DNA of 64,000 bases from Chiloscyllium plagiosum (Eukaryota). The notes below the pieces were generated by a model. It worked only from the letters and a program-made list of their open reading frames with translations, made no database searches and had not been told where the DNA came from. Made by a program: the position numbers and the translations under genes. The DNA is taken from the NCBI RefSeq assembly GCF_004010195.1, contig NC_057725.1, positions 71,833,004-71,897,003 on the forward strand. The letters are read 5' to 3'. This document shows, one piece after another, positions 1 through 12,775 of this stretch; position 1 is the stretch's first letter, and every line of letters starts with the position of its first letter.

Positions 1-976
1 TAGAACATACAACATTACAGCTCAGTACAGAGCTTTATGGAACCACTCAGATAATAAAGGAAGTTGGATTCACAAAACGTAGAGCATTACAGCGCAGGAC
101 AGGCCGTTTATGGAAACGCTACGCCAATAAAAGAAGTTAGACTAATACAACATAGAATATTACAGCGCATTACAGGCCATTTATGGAAACACTGCGCCCA
201 TAAAGGACATTATACTAATTCAACCTAGACTATGACAGCGCAGTACAGGCTCTTTTTTGAACCGCTTGGCGAATAAAGAAGGTTGAGCTCAGAAAATATA
301 GAACATTACAACGCAGTATAGGCCCTTTATGGAACAGCTCTGTTAATAATGTACGTTAGACTCATAGAACACAGAGCATTACAGCGCAGTGCAGGCCCTT
401 ATGGAACAGCTCGGCTAATAACGGACGTTAGACTACATAACATAGAACATTGCAGCGCATTAAAGGCCTTTCATGGAATTGCTAGGCTCATGAAGGTCAT
501 TAGTATAATACAATCTAGACTATGATAGTGCAGTGCTGTCCCTTTATGGCACCGCTCAGCTAATAATGAGAGTTCCACTCATAGAACATTATACATCACA
601 GCACAATACAGACCGTTATAGTGCTAATAATGTGCATTAGACTCATTGAACACAGAGCATGAACAGCGCAGTACATGCCTTTTATGGAACAGCTCGGCTA
701 ATAAATGACGTTAGGCTATAGACAACAGAGTATTATAGAGCATTACAGACCGTTTATGGAACCACGAGGCTCATAAAGGACATTAGACTAATGCAAACTA
801 GACTATGACAGCGCAGTACAGGTCTTTTATGGAATTGCTAGGCTCATAAAGGGACCCTAGACTCATACAAACAAGACTATGACTGCACAGAACAGGCCCT
901 TTGTGGAACTACTATTCTAATAATGGAAGTTAGACTTGGAGAACATATAACATTACAGCACAGTAAAGGCCCTTTA

Positions 977-1174
977 TTAGATTAGATTACTTACAGTGTG
1001 GAAACAGGCACTTCGGCCCAACAAGTCCACACCGCCCCGCCGAAGCGCAACCCACCCATACCCCTACATTTACCCCTTACCTAACACTACGGGCAATTTA
1101 GCATGGCCAATTCACCTGACCTGCACATCTTTGGACTGTGGGAGGAAACCGGAGCACCCGGAGGAAACCCACGC
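977..1174 (-). mobile_element. HE1-like tRNA-derived V-SINE, 3' part (truncated by gap)
   Basis: (TTAGA)n tail complement, then ACAGTGTGGAAACAGG..TTCGGCCCAACAAGTCCACACCG and the V-domain GGGAGGAAACCGGAGCACCCGGAGGAAACCCACGC. Near-identical to the copies at 14257 and 41521. Confidence 0.9.
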
Positions 1175-1272
1175 NNNNNNNNNNNNNNNNNNNNNNNNNN
1201 NNNNNNNNNNNNNNNNNNNNNNNNNNNNNNNNNNNNNNNNNNNNNNNNNNNNNNNNNNNNNNNNNNNNNNNN
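1175..1272. other. Assembly gap (N run)
   Basis: Run of n. ORFs spanning it are artefacts. Confidence 1.
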
Positions 1273-1474
1273 CAGAGAGTAGCATAGAGTACAATAGGTC
1301 AGTGGGGAAGGAGATGAAGGTGATAGGTCAGGGAAGAGAGGGTGGAGTGGACAGGTGGAAAAGGAGATAGGCAGGTATACCAAGTCTGGACAAGTCATGG
1401 GGACAGTGCTGCGCTGGAAGTTTGAAACTAGGGTGAGGTGGGGGAAGGGGAAATGAGGAAACTGTTAAAGTCCA
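1273..1474 (-). mobile_element. Penelope-like element (family A) 3' region fragment
   Basis: Purine-rich stretch (AGAGTACAATAGG..GGACAGTGCTG.GCTGGAAGTTTG..GGGGAAATGAGGAAACTG) matching 24550-24750 and 60900-61180, which adjoin GIY-YIG coding remnants. Confidence 0.8.
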
Positions 1475-4400
1475 TTAGACTAATACAATACAGGATATGG
1501 CAGCATACTACAAGCCGTTTCTGGGACCGCTCAGCTAATAAAGAAAGTTAGACTAAAAGAACATAGAACATTACAGCGCATTACAAGCCCTTTATATAAC
1601 CACTTGGCTCTTAATGGACATTAGACTAATATAACGTAGAACATTACAGCACAGTACAGGCCCTTTGTGGAACCACTCAAATAATAACAGACATTAGACT
1701 AATATAACATACATCATTACAGCGTTATACTGGCTGCTTATGGAACCGCATGGCAAATAAAAGAAGTTAGACTCATAGAACATAGATCATTACAGCACAT
1801 TGCAGGCCCTTTATGGAACCACTCGTCCAATAAAAGAAGTTAGACTTATACAATGTAGCACATTATAGCACAGTACAGACACTTTATGGAACCATTCGAC
1901 CAGTAAAGGAAGTTAGACTCATAGAATATAGATCATTACACCACATTACAGGCCCTTTATGGAAACGCTCAGCAAACAAAGGAAGTTAGCTATTAGAACA
2001 TAATACATCACAGCGCAGTACTGGCACTTTCAGCACCAAAGGATTTACCCTTTAGTCTGTTGAGATAAGCAAGGTATGGGTGTGGGAGGACAGGGTGGAA
2101 TGGGCAAAAGTAAGAGGCCATTCAGCGTTCTCAGTTGGTGCTGCTGCTCCACATGTGTTTGTCCAGGCTTCATTACATTGCGTGTCTGATATGCTCACCG
2201 ATCCCCAAACCCTGGTGTCTCCGCAATCTCTTGCTGTCGGAAAACACTTCTAGGCATCTGTTCCCTTCAGCATCTGGAGTCCTGCACATGATGTGAATTG
2301 TCACAGGCCATCATGCTTTCAACAGGCGAATTCCATCCTGAATTACATCCCATTCCATCTTGCCTTATTGTATATTTCATATTCTCCATTTGTTCATTCG
2401 TTTGAGTGACACATTCTAACGTTCATCATCTATCAATAATCAGCTAAAGGGCAGCCGAGAGACAGTGACACATTATTCTTGGTCTAGATGCACATAGAGC
2501 CAGACTAAGAGAAAAATATCATTCTTATTCCTGAACAGATATTCCGGAGCCACATGGATATTTAGGAAAACTGAGAATTGTAACAGCTGCTTCTTTATTA
2601 CATGTTTTTCTTTTTGTTTCACATTTCACCAGCTGTTATGGTGGCTCTGTTTTCTTGTATTTCTGGATGTTTGTTGCAGTGAAATTCCTATTATCCCTCC
2701 ATCAGCATTCGAATTCTTCGAGGGGATGCAGTTTAACCGACGAGAGAAAAGTCTAAAAGGAGAATGAGGAACTGGGCAAGAGAATCTGAACTTTTGGACA
2801 AATCAAATTTTGTTTGTACATGTTATCAGGTTGAATTTAACTGAAATCTACAGGTAAAGATATAAAATTCCCACATTGAATGAGAGTTTGACAAGCTCTC
2901 CCTGGGCAACAATACACTTGGCCTTATTTACTCAAAGAAGCACCTGAAAGTGGCTCCTCCATAACTGAGTCAGATCGATCCATTTTGGTTGGAGCGTATG
3001 AATCTGGTCAAACGAGAGTACCCCACCACTGGAATACCTATTGTAAGCTTTATATTAATCTAGTGAAGAATTGTAATTTCAAGAAAAGACGGGAAAATAT
3101 GTATATGTACGTATAAACTTAATTCGAGAAAATGAAGCAATTAATTGGAGGACATTACGGCCAGCATCAATAAGTAATGTGTCACAGCTGCAGTATGTGA
3201 GCGTTTTCTGCAACAATGAACGTGAGTCCAGGAGGCTGTGCTCTCTTCCTGTGCTGGGTTCAGGGTCCAAGGTCAGGGCTGTCAATTAGTTCACAATTGG
3301 ATGGGCATGAGACAATCTTATTGAACCACATAGGTATAGATAATACATACCTGGCAAGAAACAAGGTTCTGCCGACTCACTGTCACGAGTTCAGTGTCCA
3401 GTTCAGAAGCTGAACGTCTGGATTAATATCTCTCCCTAGTATTAATTGGCACTGTGTCATTAGCGATACTTAAGATCCGATACGTTTGCTATTTCCCTCT
3501 TCAGCTGATACTGTCACATTAATAGATGCATGCACATGAACATCAAAGTGACCCCATCCCAGTTCAAATTTAAAACTGCCATTCTGTCGATGTCTGGATG
3601 GACAGTGTCAGTAAAAGTGCGGTCAGTGATGTCTCCAATGTTGGAAGCCTATCTTATTCACCGAGTCCGCTTTCCTCAGGAAAGGCAGTATGTTCTCCTG
3701 CCTTGGTCCATCATGTGACTCTGGATCCTGGGAAACAGAAAATAGGGAATAAATACTGACCTCAGCAGCAATGCACACATTCAGTGAGTGAGAAGATTCT
3801 TATTTCAATCAAAGAATGAAATATTTTTGTTTAAAGTGGGCAGCTCCTACTCTAGAGTACAGAAAGACAGCTTTGAGACATAATTTCATATTGGAATAAA
3901 CTGTCACCATGCAGCATCAGTTGAAATATTTTATGACCGTGGTTTAGGGCTCGTGGTGTTTCAGTGGACAGTGATATTGCTGGCAGGTTCCAGATTCTGT
4001 TTTTGTTGTTTCGTTACAATGTATGAGCAACAACACTCCTTCATAATTGGGATTAAACCTTGTTATTGTAATTAGGTTGTTCATTGCCAGAAATTTTCAA
4101 AACAGCAACAAAGCTGAGTAATGCTGTCATCTCGATCTCCCCAAGGTGCTTCCACACAGTATAAGGCAGTCTCTCTGGGAATGCATCAGGTCAGAGTCTC
4201 AAACAAGGAGCTTGTCAGCTGCTAAAGGAACAGATCACCTCGCACAGAAAAATACATCCACTAATTCAACACGTGGAGAAGGCGTACTACACCATCCTCG
4301 CTTTTATTGGCGTTCCTGGTATGGTTTTATGAGAATTGACCTTGTTTTAACCTGTTGCTGATCTGCTTTCTGGTTTTATCATTTGAACAATAATGTCTCC

Positions 4401-5250
4401 AGCTCACTGACTGGTCAGCATTATCCAGACACCAAGACAGTGACAACAATTCACTGAGCAGCATTCTCGGTTCAATTCTCCAGTGACAGAGACACCCAAC
4501 GTCCCTGCTGCTGCAGCATTCTCTGATCTCAGTGTTCTGTCATCTGTTCCGTTTTCATACGGCGTGAGGGTATGTGGTATGCGTTCTGACAAAGGGACAC
4601 TGGATTCAAAGTGTTTGCTCTGATTTCTCTCCCACATTTCCTGCCTGTCCTCAGTTTCTCCAGCAATTTTTGTTTTGTTACACAAATAAGGCCAGTTTTC
4701 TCTCAAATTTCAAAGGTGAAGAAGTGATCTGAGTGAATTCCCACAAGATAGTCCCCAGAAAGATAGGGTAGATAAAGATGAACTCATTCCAGTAGTTTGT
4801 GAATCTAGAACGAGGGAGCAGAATCGGTGAATTTGGATGGGAATGAGCCAGTGAGATGTTGGCTTTGACATGCATAGGGCGGGAGATGTTTGGAACTCTC
4901 TTCCTCAAACGGCAGTGGATGCTGGATCAGTTGTGAACTTTTTGTGATGCAAAGGAATTGTGAGATATGTGCTCCGTTTTGATTTGTATAACTTTATCTA
5001 ACTACCACCCCATCTGGAAATTCTCTTTTCCTCACAGTCTCTGGTCAGTTGATTAAAATCTTGTCAGATTTCCCTCCAGATCCCTGCACGTCCAGACATT
5101 TGTGATGCATGGATAGTCGATTTACAGTGTAAGTATCGCAACTGTCCTAAAACTCACGCATTGTCACGAAGGGAGCCCTACATGCTCTGTTCTGCTGCAC
5201 CTGTGTCAGAGAAATGGTGTGGTTTTGTTTCAAATCTTACGCAGGATCTG

Positions 5251-5900
5251 ATAGAGTCATAGAGTCATGCAACATTTAAATATACCCTTTGGTTCAACTC
5301 GTCCATGCAGAGCAGTTATCGTAATGACTCAAATCCCATTTGCCAGTAATTGGCCCATATCCCTCTAAATCCTTCCTATTCATAGGCCCATGCAGGTGCC
5401 TTTTAAATGTTATAATTGTACCAGTTTCCAGCACTTCCTCTGGCTGCTCATTCCATCCACGCACCACCCTCTGTGTGAAAAAGTTGCCCCTCAAGATGAT
5501 TTTAATCTTTCTGTTCTCACCCTGAAACTATACTGTCTAGTCCCGGACTCCCCCACCTCAGGGAAAAGATCTTGTCTATATATCCTATCCATGCCCAATA
5601 TGATTTTATAAACCTCTATAAGGTCACCCCTCAGCCTCTCATGCTCGAGGGAAAACAGCCCCAGCCTATTCAGTCTCTCCATGTTAGCTCACATCCTCCA
5701 ACCCTGGCAGCATCCTTGTTAATCTTTTCTGATCCCTTTTAAGTGTCACAGCATTCTTCCTATAGCAGTATTCCAGAAGTGGCCTCACCAGTGTCCTATA
5801 CAAACTCAACATGACTTCCCAAATCCTGTGCGAAGTGTTCTGACCAATAAAGGAAAGCTTTATTATCACTATCCTATCTACCTGTGATTCCACTTTCAAG
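5251..5900 (-). mobile_element. CR1 LINE 3' fragment (ORF2 C-terminus plus 3' UTR) in GPCR intron
   Basis: Minus-strand peptides LYRTLVRPLLEYC, RLNRLGLFSLE..RLRGDLIEVYKI and RGNFFTQRVVR.WN, with an (ATAGAGTC)2 tail complement at 5251. Confidence 0.93.
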
Positions 5901-6217
5901 CCTGCGCGCCAAAATCTCAAACAGATAACCTATTTCCTGATCCAGTTGTGGCCCAGATCAGGATTTGCCACAATACTACCTGATTCGAGGAGAGGGGGGT
6001 GATTTTGATTTTTTGATAGTCCATTCTCCAGTCCTGTTACTGAGTTGAGGTGAGGTTTCTAATGGGATTCTGAACCTGTCAGAATTCTGGCTGAGAAGTG
6101 GAAGAATCTATTATGCTTATTCAGATAGTGACCTTGCAACCAAACAAAATCACAGACATCTCTCTGCTCTCCGGTTGCGGGGGGGGGGGGGGGCGTGTCC
6201 CCTGAGCACAGTCTCTG

Positions 6218-6377
6218 GGAGAAAGTGAGGACTGCAGATGCTGGAGTTCAGAGCTGAAATATGTGTTGCTGAAAAAGCACAGCAGGTCAGGCAGAAGGGC
6301 TTATGCCTGAAATATTGATTCTCTTGCTCCTTGGATGCTGCCTGATCTGCTGCGCTTTTCCAGCTATGCATTTTTCA
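6218..6377. mobile_element. Short fold-back PLE-A end element with 12-bp TSD
   Basis: A reverse PLE tail (GGAGAAAGTGAGGACTGCAGATGCTGG) is joined to a forward copy with a decayed hammerhead. Flanked by GCACAGTCTCTG (6206-6217) and GCGCAGTCTCTG (6378-6389). Confidence 0.8.
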
Positions 6378-7539
6378 GCGCAGTCTCTGCCCAAACTCTA
6401 TAATCTTTGGAGTGATTGGGTTTAACGACAATCTGGGGTGGGTGTGAAAATCTTAAAATTTAAACACTCTCAATCCTGCACATTTTCACTCACACAGTGC
6501 AGCTGTTTTTGTGGTGAAAATCTTATTGTTATATTCTGGAACATGCAGAGGGAAAGTGTGATCAGTAATTCACTGCATCTTTTCCCTTTTATCTCCAACA
6601 GTTAATTTTCTGGCGATTGTTGTCCTATCACGGGGTACGTGTGGTGTGTCTCCTTGTATTACTGGCTACCTGGTGATTATGGCAGCTACTGACCTGATGG
6701 TCATTATCACAGATTTTATACTGTGGAAATTTCGCACTTATCATTACCCATGGTCTTTCTTGGACATCACTCCTGTGTGTTGTTTTACCGGGCTGCTGTG
6801 TCGTGCAGCCACTGACTGTTCTGTCTTGTTCACCGTCATTTCCTCCTTTGACTGATTTGTGATCATTTGTTGTCAGAAGCTGAGAACAAAATATTGTACT
6901 GAGAAAACTGCGACTGTGGTTTTCGCAACAACCTGCACCCTGCTCTGTTTGAAAAACATCAGCTTCTAATTTGAATATGAGCCTTTGAGCATAATCAACA
7001 ATGTGGCATTCTACTGTAGAACAAAAGCAAGCTACTTTACTGAGACTTGGTGCATGGTATTGGATTGGTTTGATACTGTTTTGACCCCTTTACTGCCATT
7101 CGCTTTGATTCTGTTGCTCAATGCTCTGACAGTCTGACACATTTTAGTGACCAGTCTAGTCCGGAAGAGGCTGAATGGTGAGAGCAAAGGAGAGAATCGC
7201 AAAGACCCAGAGATGGAGAGCAGAAAGAAACCTGTGATTTTGCTCTTCACCATCTCTGGGAGATTCATTCTCCTGTGGTTAATCTATCTTGTAGATTTCT
7301 TATGTTATGTCATTCAGGTTTTCTGTATAACTTCAGTAAAGTTGGTCACATGTTGCAGCTCCTAAGTTGTTGCACAAACACATTTGTTTACGTAGCAACA
7401 TTGCGCCGGTTCAGAGCAAAGATCAGTAATGCAGTAAAATACCTGATTACATGAATTCCTTGTGTTATAAATAAATAAGACTCATCAGTGAACACCAGAG
7501 GAGTGTCCTGGTGTATTCAGACTTGAAACGACTTCTGGG

Positions 7540-8000
7540 ATGTGAGCATTGCTGTCTGTCTCATCACCTGTCTCTAGTTGCCCGTTGAGAAGATGGTGTT
7601 GAGCTGTCTTCTTGAACCGCTGCAGTCCACAATGCCCTGAGTCAGGGAATTCAAGGATTTTGACCCTACAACAGTGAAGCAATGATGATATATTTCTAAC
7701 TCAGAATGATGTGGGGCTTGAAGGGGATCTTGCAGAGGGTAGTGTTCTCAGGTATCAGATGTCTTTACCAACCCAGTTGGAAGTGGTCATAGGTTTGGAA
7801 GGTGCTGGCTGAGGATTTTTGATGAATTTCTGCGGTGCACCTTGTAGATGATATACACTGCTGCTACTAAGCGTTGGAGGTGAGTCGAGTGGATTGTTGT
7901 GGATGTGGGGCCAATCCTTTGTCCTGGTTGATGTCGAGCTTCTTTAGTGTTCGAGATGTACTTATCCGGGCAAGTGTGGAGTATTCCCTCACACTCCTGA
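7540..8000 (-). mobile_element. Old LINE (CR1/L2 superfamily) 3' remnant
   Basis: TTGCCC.TTGAGAAG.TGGTG.TGAGCTG.CTTCTTGAACCGCTGCAGTCC resembles the reverse complement of a common shark LINE 3' end. A more decayed similar stretch lies near 56050-56450. Confidence 0.55.
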
Positions 8001-8364
8001 CAGAGTGTCCTTATCCCAGTGCGGGGAGAGAGTTAAGCTGAGAACCTGAGGATTTCCCATCGCAGCACAATCCAAAGGAATTGTCTGGAGAAATGGAATC
8101 TCCTACTGGGTAATTCCTTTCAGTTTGGAATCCTCTGTAAGTTTCTATAATAATGAAATCCTTCAGATTGCTCTGGTGAAATTAAATAGAATAGTTAATC
8201 AGAAAATGTTGTCTATTAAATACATGGTCTAACTGCTCAGAAACAATCCAACAGACCCCATACCAATGACATAAATAGCCAACGATGAGCTGTTTTGATG
8301 TGAAAAATTGTGGCAGGTCATCATAGGATGTTATCAGAACCCACCCACTAAACATTTATTTATG

Positions 8365-8651
8365 CAAAGTTAAAAATCGGACAACTCCAGGTTACCGTCC
8401 AACACGTTTAATTGGAAGCACTAGCTTTTGGAGCGCTCCTCCTTTATCAGGTAGCTAAGTCACAGGATTTATATGAAGGTTTACACTGTTACGTGACTGA
8501 AATTATATATTGGAAAAGACCTGGATTGTTTTTTAAGCCTCTCAACTTTTAGAATTTGCATGTTGGCTCCAGTTCTTTCATATGTAAATTTCAGAACTTT
8601 CTCAAAGTTATATCATCAAGTGCCATGTTGGCCCAGGTAATGACTTGAAGG
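8365..8651 (-). mobile_element. Penelope-like element family B terminal-repeat fragment
   Basis: Matches 49640-49950 (TTAAAAATC..ACAAC.CCAGGTTA..GTCCAACA.GTTTAATTGGAAGCACTAGC) with a decayed hammerhead core. Confidence 0.8.
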
Positions 8652-8652
8652 T

Positions 8653-8746
8653 TATTTTTGTAGCAACATTGTCTCGGTTCAGAGAGAAGATCAGTAACAC
8701 AGTAAAATATCTAGTATTATAAATTTCTTATGTTCTGAACAATTAA
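8653..8746 (+). pseudogene. Orphan 3' end of a third GPR139-like paralogue
   Basis: GTAGCAACATTGTCTCGGTTCAGAGAGAAGATCAGTAACACAGTAAAATATCT aligns to 7392-7444 (GTAGCAACATTGCGCCGGTTCAGAGCAAAGATCAGTAATGCAGTAAAATACCT). Confidence 0.75.
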
Positions 8747-9379
8747 AACTTATGAATAATAACAAAAGCTGTTTTTTTAACATCAAGCTTATAAATCCCA
8801 ATGGGCTGCTTCATCATTGCAGCCAACAAACATGTACAGTATTCCCTGTCATGGAATGAAGATTCCAAACAATGCAATAAATCTCTCTGCTGTTAAAAAA
8901 AAACACTACACTGTACTGTCCTCTCCATGCCACTACATGTATTGCTGTGGAGGAATCATTCCCTTAATGATTCAGTCAGAGAGAGAGAACAGCAGCTCAC
9001 AACATAATCCAAACTGACAGCACCATCAACACTCAGACACACAAAGATACACAGAGTCAAAAGGTGTGGTGCTGGAAAATCACAGCCAGTCTGCACCCGA
9101 GCAGCAGGAGAATCGATGTTTTGGGCAGAAGCTTTTCAAGAAACTTTGGAGAATGAAACAAACATGCAATTTGAGAAATTCACAGACTTGGATGTTTTCT
9201 TCAAAATAAATCTGATGTTTGTACAATGTCATGGGGAGTCCAGCAGAGGGTGGTATTGTATCATGAAATACAAGAGGAACAGGCATAAAGAGAGACAGAA
9301 CTCTGAGCCTTTGATTCAACATATTTTAATTTATTCGATCAAACATCCATTCAGACAAAGTGATTCCCATTGCAGGCAG

Positions 9380-9950
9380 AAATAGACACACAGACACACG
9401 CACGAACACACACACACACACACGTGCACAAACACACACACATAGAGATATTCATCAACATTAGCATCAACATTGTATCACCTTGAACACAACAGGGACA
9501 GAGAGGGGAGGTTTGACCCCATTTCAATGAGTTCATCCCCAGAAAACAGAAATAGACAGAGATACAGACACAGAGATACACACAAATACAGATACAGACT
9601 GTTACATTAACATACAACAGACAAAAGCACATGGAGCTAGACACAGAGGCAGACGCAGATATACAGACTACAAAATACTAACTGTAATGCAGACAATAAT
9701 ATACACTAACACACACATATATATCAACAGACACACGGAGATAGTCACACACACAACTATAGAGACAGAAATGCTCAAAGATCGACAGACAGACAGCCAC
9801 ACACACACATATATATACAGAGACACACATAGAGACAACACAGAGAGACACATACAATCACACCCATGCATACATACTCACAGACACCCATACACAGACA
9901 CATAGTCACACACATACAGATATTCACACTCCCACATACACATATATATC
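9380..9950. repeat. Degenerate (CA)n/(GA)n low-complexity tract
   Basis: Visible ACAC/AGAC/ATAC runs. Confidence 0.85.
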
Positions 9951-9989
9951 GCCTGAGAATAGCAAAAATGCAGACTCTAATAGAATTCA

Positions 9990-11784
9990 GAGTTGCTCAA
10001 AATGAATTAGAAATTAGTACATTTATAGCAATGTGTGAGTTTACTGGAAATTTGTGTATAATTATACCTGGATAGCTGATCCTTTAACAAATTTGTGAAG
10101 GAGTCAAGTAAAAAGTTGTTCGGTTCGCAGAACACATGGCTGCCTTTGAAACGATGAAGACAAATTGTAAAAAATGAACCAATGTTGGCCACCAATGATT
10201 TTTCCAGACTGTTCGAAATGACAGTTGATGTTGTTGACGTGGGGCTGTGTACTGTACTGTTACAGGATGGTGAATCAGGTATAGAGAAATCCATATGGTA
10301 TTCTCTTAGAAATAATGCCAGTCATTGGAAAAATACACTCTCATAGAAAAAAGGGGGCTTTGAGATTGCTGTTTGCTCTTCAACACTTTGAAATCTATAT
10401 TCGACAAAGAACAGTGAAATGCCAAGTTACACTGATCATAATCCACTGGCCTCCATTGGAAAGTTTCAAATAACTAATGCAAGACTATTCTGATAGAGTC
10501 TTTTTTTGCAAACGCTTAATGTAAAGATTGTGATTATTGCTGGACCACGTAAAGTAATTGCTGATATATTATCCCTAGTATTAAATTTTGGAATAAGGGA
10601 AAGGTTTAAGAAATGTACAAATTGTACAACATTGTAAGAGGGGAAAATAATACATGGATTGTAATCTTGTGTTATATTTTTTGTACATCATTTATTTTGT
10701 AAGGAAATGCATTTTTGAAATTGCATTCCATGCTTCTAAGACATATAATGATCACCTTTGAAAAAATCTAGAGTTTAATTGTGGCATTAAAATGAAAAAA
10801 GAGCCACTTTAAAAACAGGGGATTAGTGGAGAATTGATGAATGATTTGAAAGCAATTCACCTGAAGTTGAGAGTGACCCAATGATTGAAGTGTAGTTGTC
10901 AATGAACTGACTTATTAACATATGGAGTTTTGATTTACAGCAATCAGCTGATTGGCTTGGGAACATGTGACAAATTGTCAATGAGAAAGGCCTCCTGCCT
11001 GCCAGCAGCGATATGATTGTTTCTAAAAAAACTGAACAGCTTGGGGCTATGAACCAGGTACAGAAAAGCCTTCGAACTCCACCCTTTCAGGAGCTCTCTC
11101 TATTCTCTGCAGTAAAAGCTACTTTAAGCCTGAAAAAACCTGGTTTATTGTTCCTTCAGCAGTTCCTGTGAGCTCTGCCTTTTAATGAGTCTGTTATATA
11201 CCGTTTATAAGTATGACCCAATCTGTGTGCCTCTTGGAAGTTACTGAGAGCCCCCAGAGAAGGAAGACTGGGAAACAGCAAACTGAGCAGTACAAGAACC
11301 AGTAGAATCATCTCACCTTCCATGTGAAGAGGAATCACAGAACATCGTTCTCTGTATTTCCGCTATCAATTACACTCATATTTTTGTCTACTGCGTCTGC
11401 GTGTGGCTATGATTGTGAGTGTGTTTGTGTATGAGGTTGGTTGTGTGTCTCTGCGTGAATGGGTGCCTGTGTACCTGTGTGTGCGTGCATGCATATGAAT
11501 GTGTGAGTGTGTGTAAGAGTGCGTCTCTAAGGGATGAGATGTTTAATTCGTTGGGTTGTGGGCTGATGCCTCATAATAGTTTGGCTGCAGCTGGAGTCTA
11601 ATTACTTGTGATAAACTCTAAGTTCCAATCAGTACAGAAACCTGGCCAATGTTTCCTGTTAACTTTGGTCTAAAAGACGGTTACATTGAGGAATGCTCAG
11701 TATAATTTGAAATCATTAACTTCTGTAACAACTGTGAGAATAGTAGGCTTGTTTTCCCGTGCATGACCCCAGGAAGCTGTGACA
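9990..11784 (+). mobile_element. Ty3/gypsy (Gmr1-like) LTR retrotransposon 3' remnant: RT end, RNase H, 3' UTR and probable LTR (~10745-11784)
   Basis: Frameshift-corrected translation gives FIAMCEF.YWKFV..AFETMK..EPMLATNDFSRLFEMTVDVVDVGLCTVLLQDGESGIEKSI..YTLIEK..LLFALQHFEIY..YTDHNPL..NARLF..IVIIAG..VIADILS, then a stop with no integrase downstream. The element ends ..GGAAGCTGTGACA. Confidence 0.75.
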
Positions 11785-12569
11785 TCACTAACTCTTCATT
11801 GAAAAGCTGAGGCAAAGACATTCTAAAGAAATTAGACAGGATTGTGAGGAGAGCTTTCTCTCAATCTTGTGGTGTCAAATGAATTACTTTTAATTGTAGA
11901 TTTAAAAACGTGTCGAAATTGAAGCAGGATAGTAATGTCACAATTATCTATATCCTAATGTACAGTATTCATTCATATTTTGGAATTAATTCTTTCAATA
12001 AACTGTCAAAAACAATTGTTACAAAAGAAGATTTTAATGTGCCTATATCTATGAGCCCACATTTGGATAACACTGATCAGGGAATCGAACGTTCAGATTC
12101 CCAGAGTTTATAATAGTAATCTTAAATACTAAGTTGTTTCTGCTATAATTGCAGATATACTCATATTGATGTGTTTCTATGGGCCTGTTTGAAAAGGTGA
12201 CCTGAGCAGTATCTCCGGTCTGAAGTGTTGTGCCCGCTCCTTTCAAGAATAAAGGAAGTAATTGGCAGAATGGCAATTTGCGTGTGATTTCCATTGTTTG
12301 AAAAATCTTCCACAAGTAATTATTTTAAGACGATAAGGCACAGGAGAAAATGAAGGCCATTCATCCAATTGACTCTGTTCTACCATTCAATGAGATCATG
12401 ATCATGATTATTCTCTATTCTATAATCATGCCTTTTCCCCATAAACCCTCGATTCTCCAGTAAGCCATCTCTGATGTTTCGATAACATTAACATCCCTCT
12501 GTCAGGATGATGGCCAATCTTGTATGCAGTGCTCCAGATGCAAGGAAATGTAATATCACCATAGACCTA

Positions 12570-12775
12570 ATACACCATAGGGCAGCTCCTCATTAGAGAG
12601 AGATGACTGGTGGTGCTTTAACCGGGGTGGGTGAGGGGATGGTTACCAAATCTCAGGTGATGGGTTTAGTTGAGAAGGAGATCCCCTTCATGGTAGTCTC
12701 AGTCAGTGTGGGAACTAAACCCACGCTGTTGGCTTCACTCTGCATTATAAACCACTGCCTAGCCAGCTGAGTTAA
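12570..12775 (-). mobile_element. Old tRNA-derived SINE
   Basis: The minus strand begins TTAACTCAGCTGGCTAGGC (A-box-like) and contains GCGTGGGTTTAGTTCCC (B-box-like). Confidence 0.5.

Larger units (their letters stand above)
1..2030. repeat. Tandem satellite, ~73-bp unit (TAGAACATAGAACATTACAGCGCAGTACAGGCCCTTTATGGAACCACTCAGCTAATAAAGGAAGTTAGACTCA), interrupted by a SINE, a gap and a PLE fragment
   Basis: The (C/T)AT(T/G)ACAG motif recurs at 13, 85, 158 and 231, a period of 72-73. The array runs off the left edge of the window. Confidence 0.92.
4252..7478 (+). pseudogene. GPR139/GPR142-like class A GPCR pseudogene 1 (exon 1 ~4252-4318, exon 2 6602-7478)
   Basis: Exon 1 reads (ATA)HPLIQHVEKAYYTILAFIGVP with a GT donor at 4319. 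After the AG at 6600-6601, exon 2 reads NFLAIVVLSRGTCGVSPCITGYLVIMAATDL..AATDCSVLFTVISSFD*FVIICCQKLRTKYCTEKTA..PLLPFALILLLNALTV*HILV..DPEMESRKK..LQLLSCCTNTFVY. In-frame stops at ~6853 (in the DRF motif), ~6967 and ~7135, a frameshift near 7320, and the start appears mutated ATG>ATA. Confidence 0.88.

Noticed and set aside
2050..3500. Possible minus-strand exon remnants (e.g. ORF 3079-3285)
   Set aside because: Too degraded to assign a product by eye. Kept only as context for the 3593 monomer finding.
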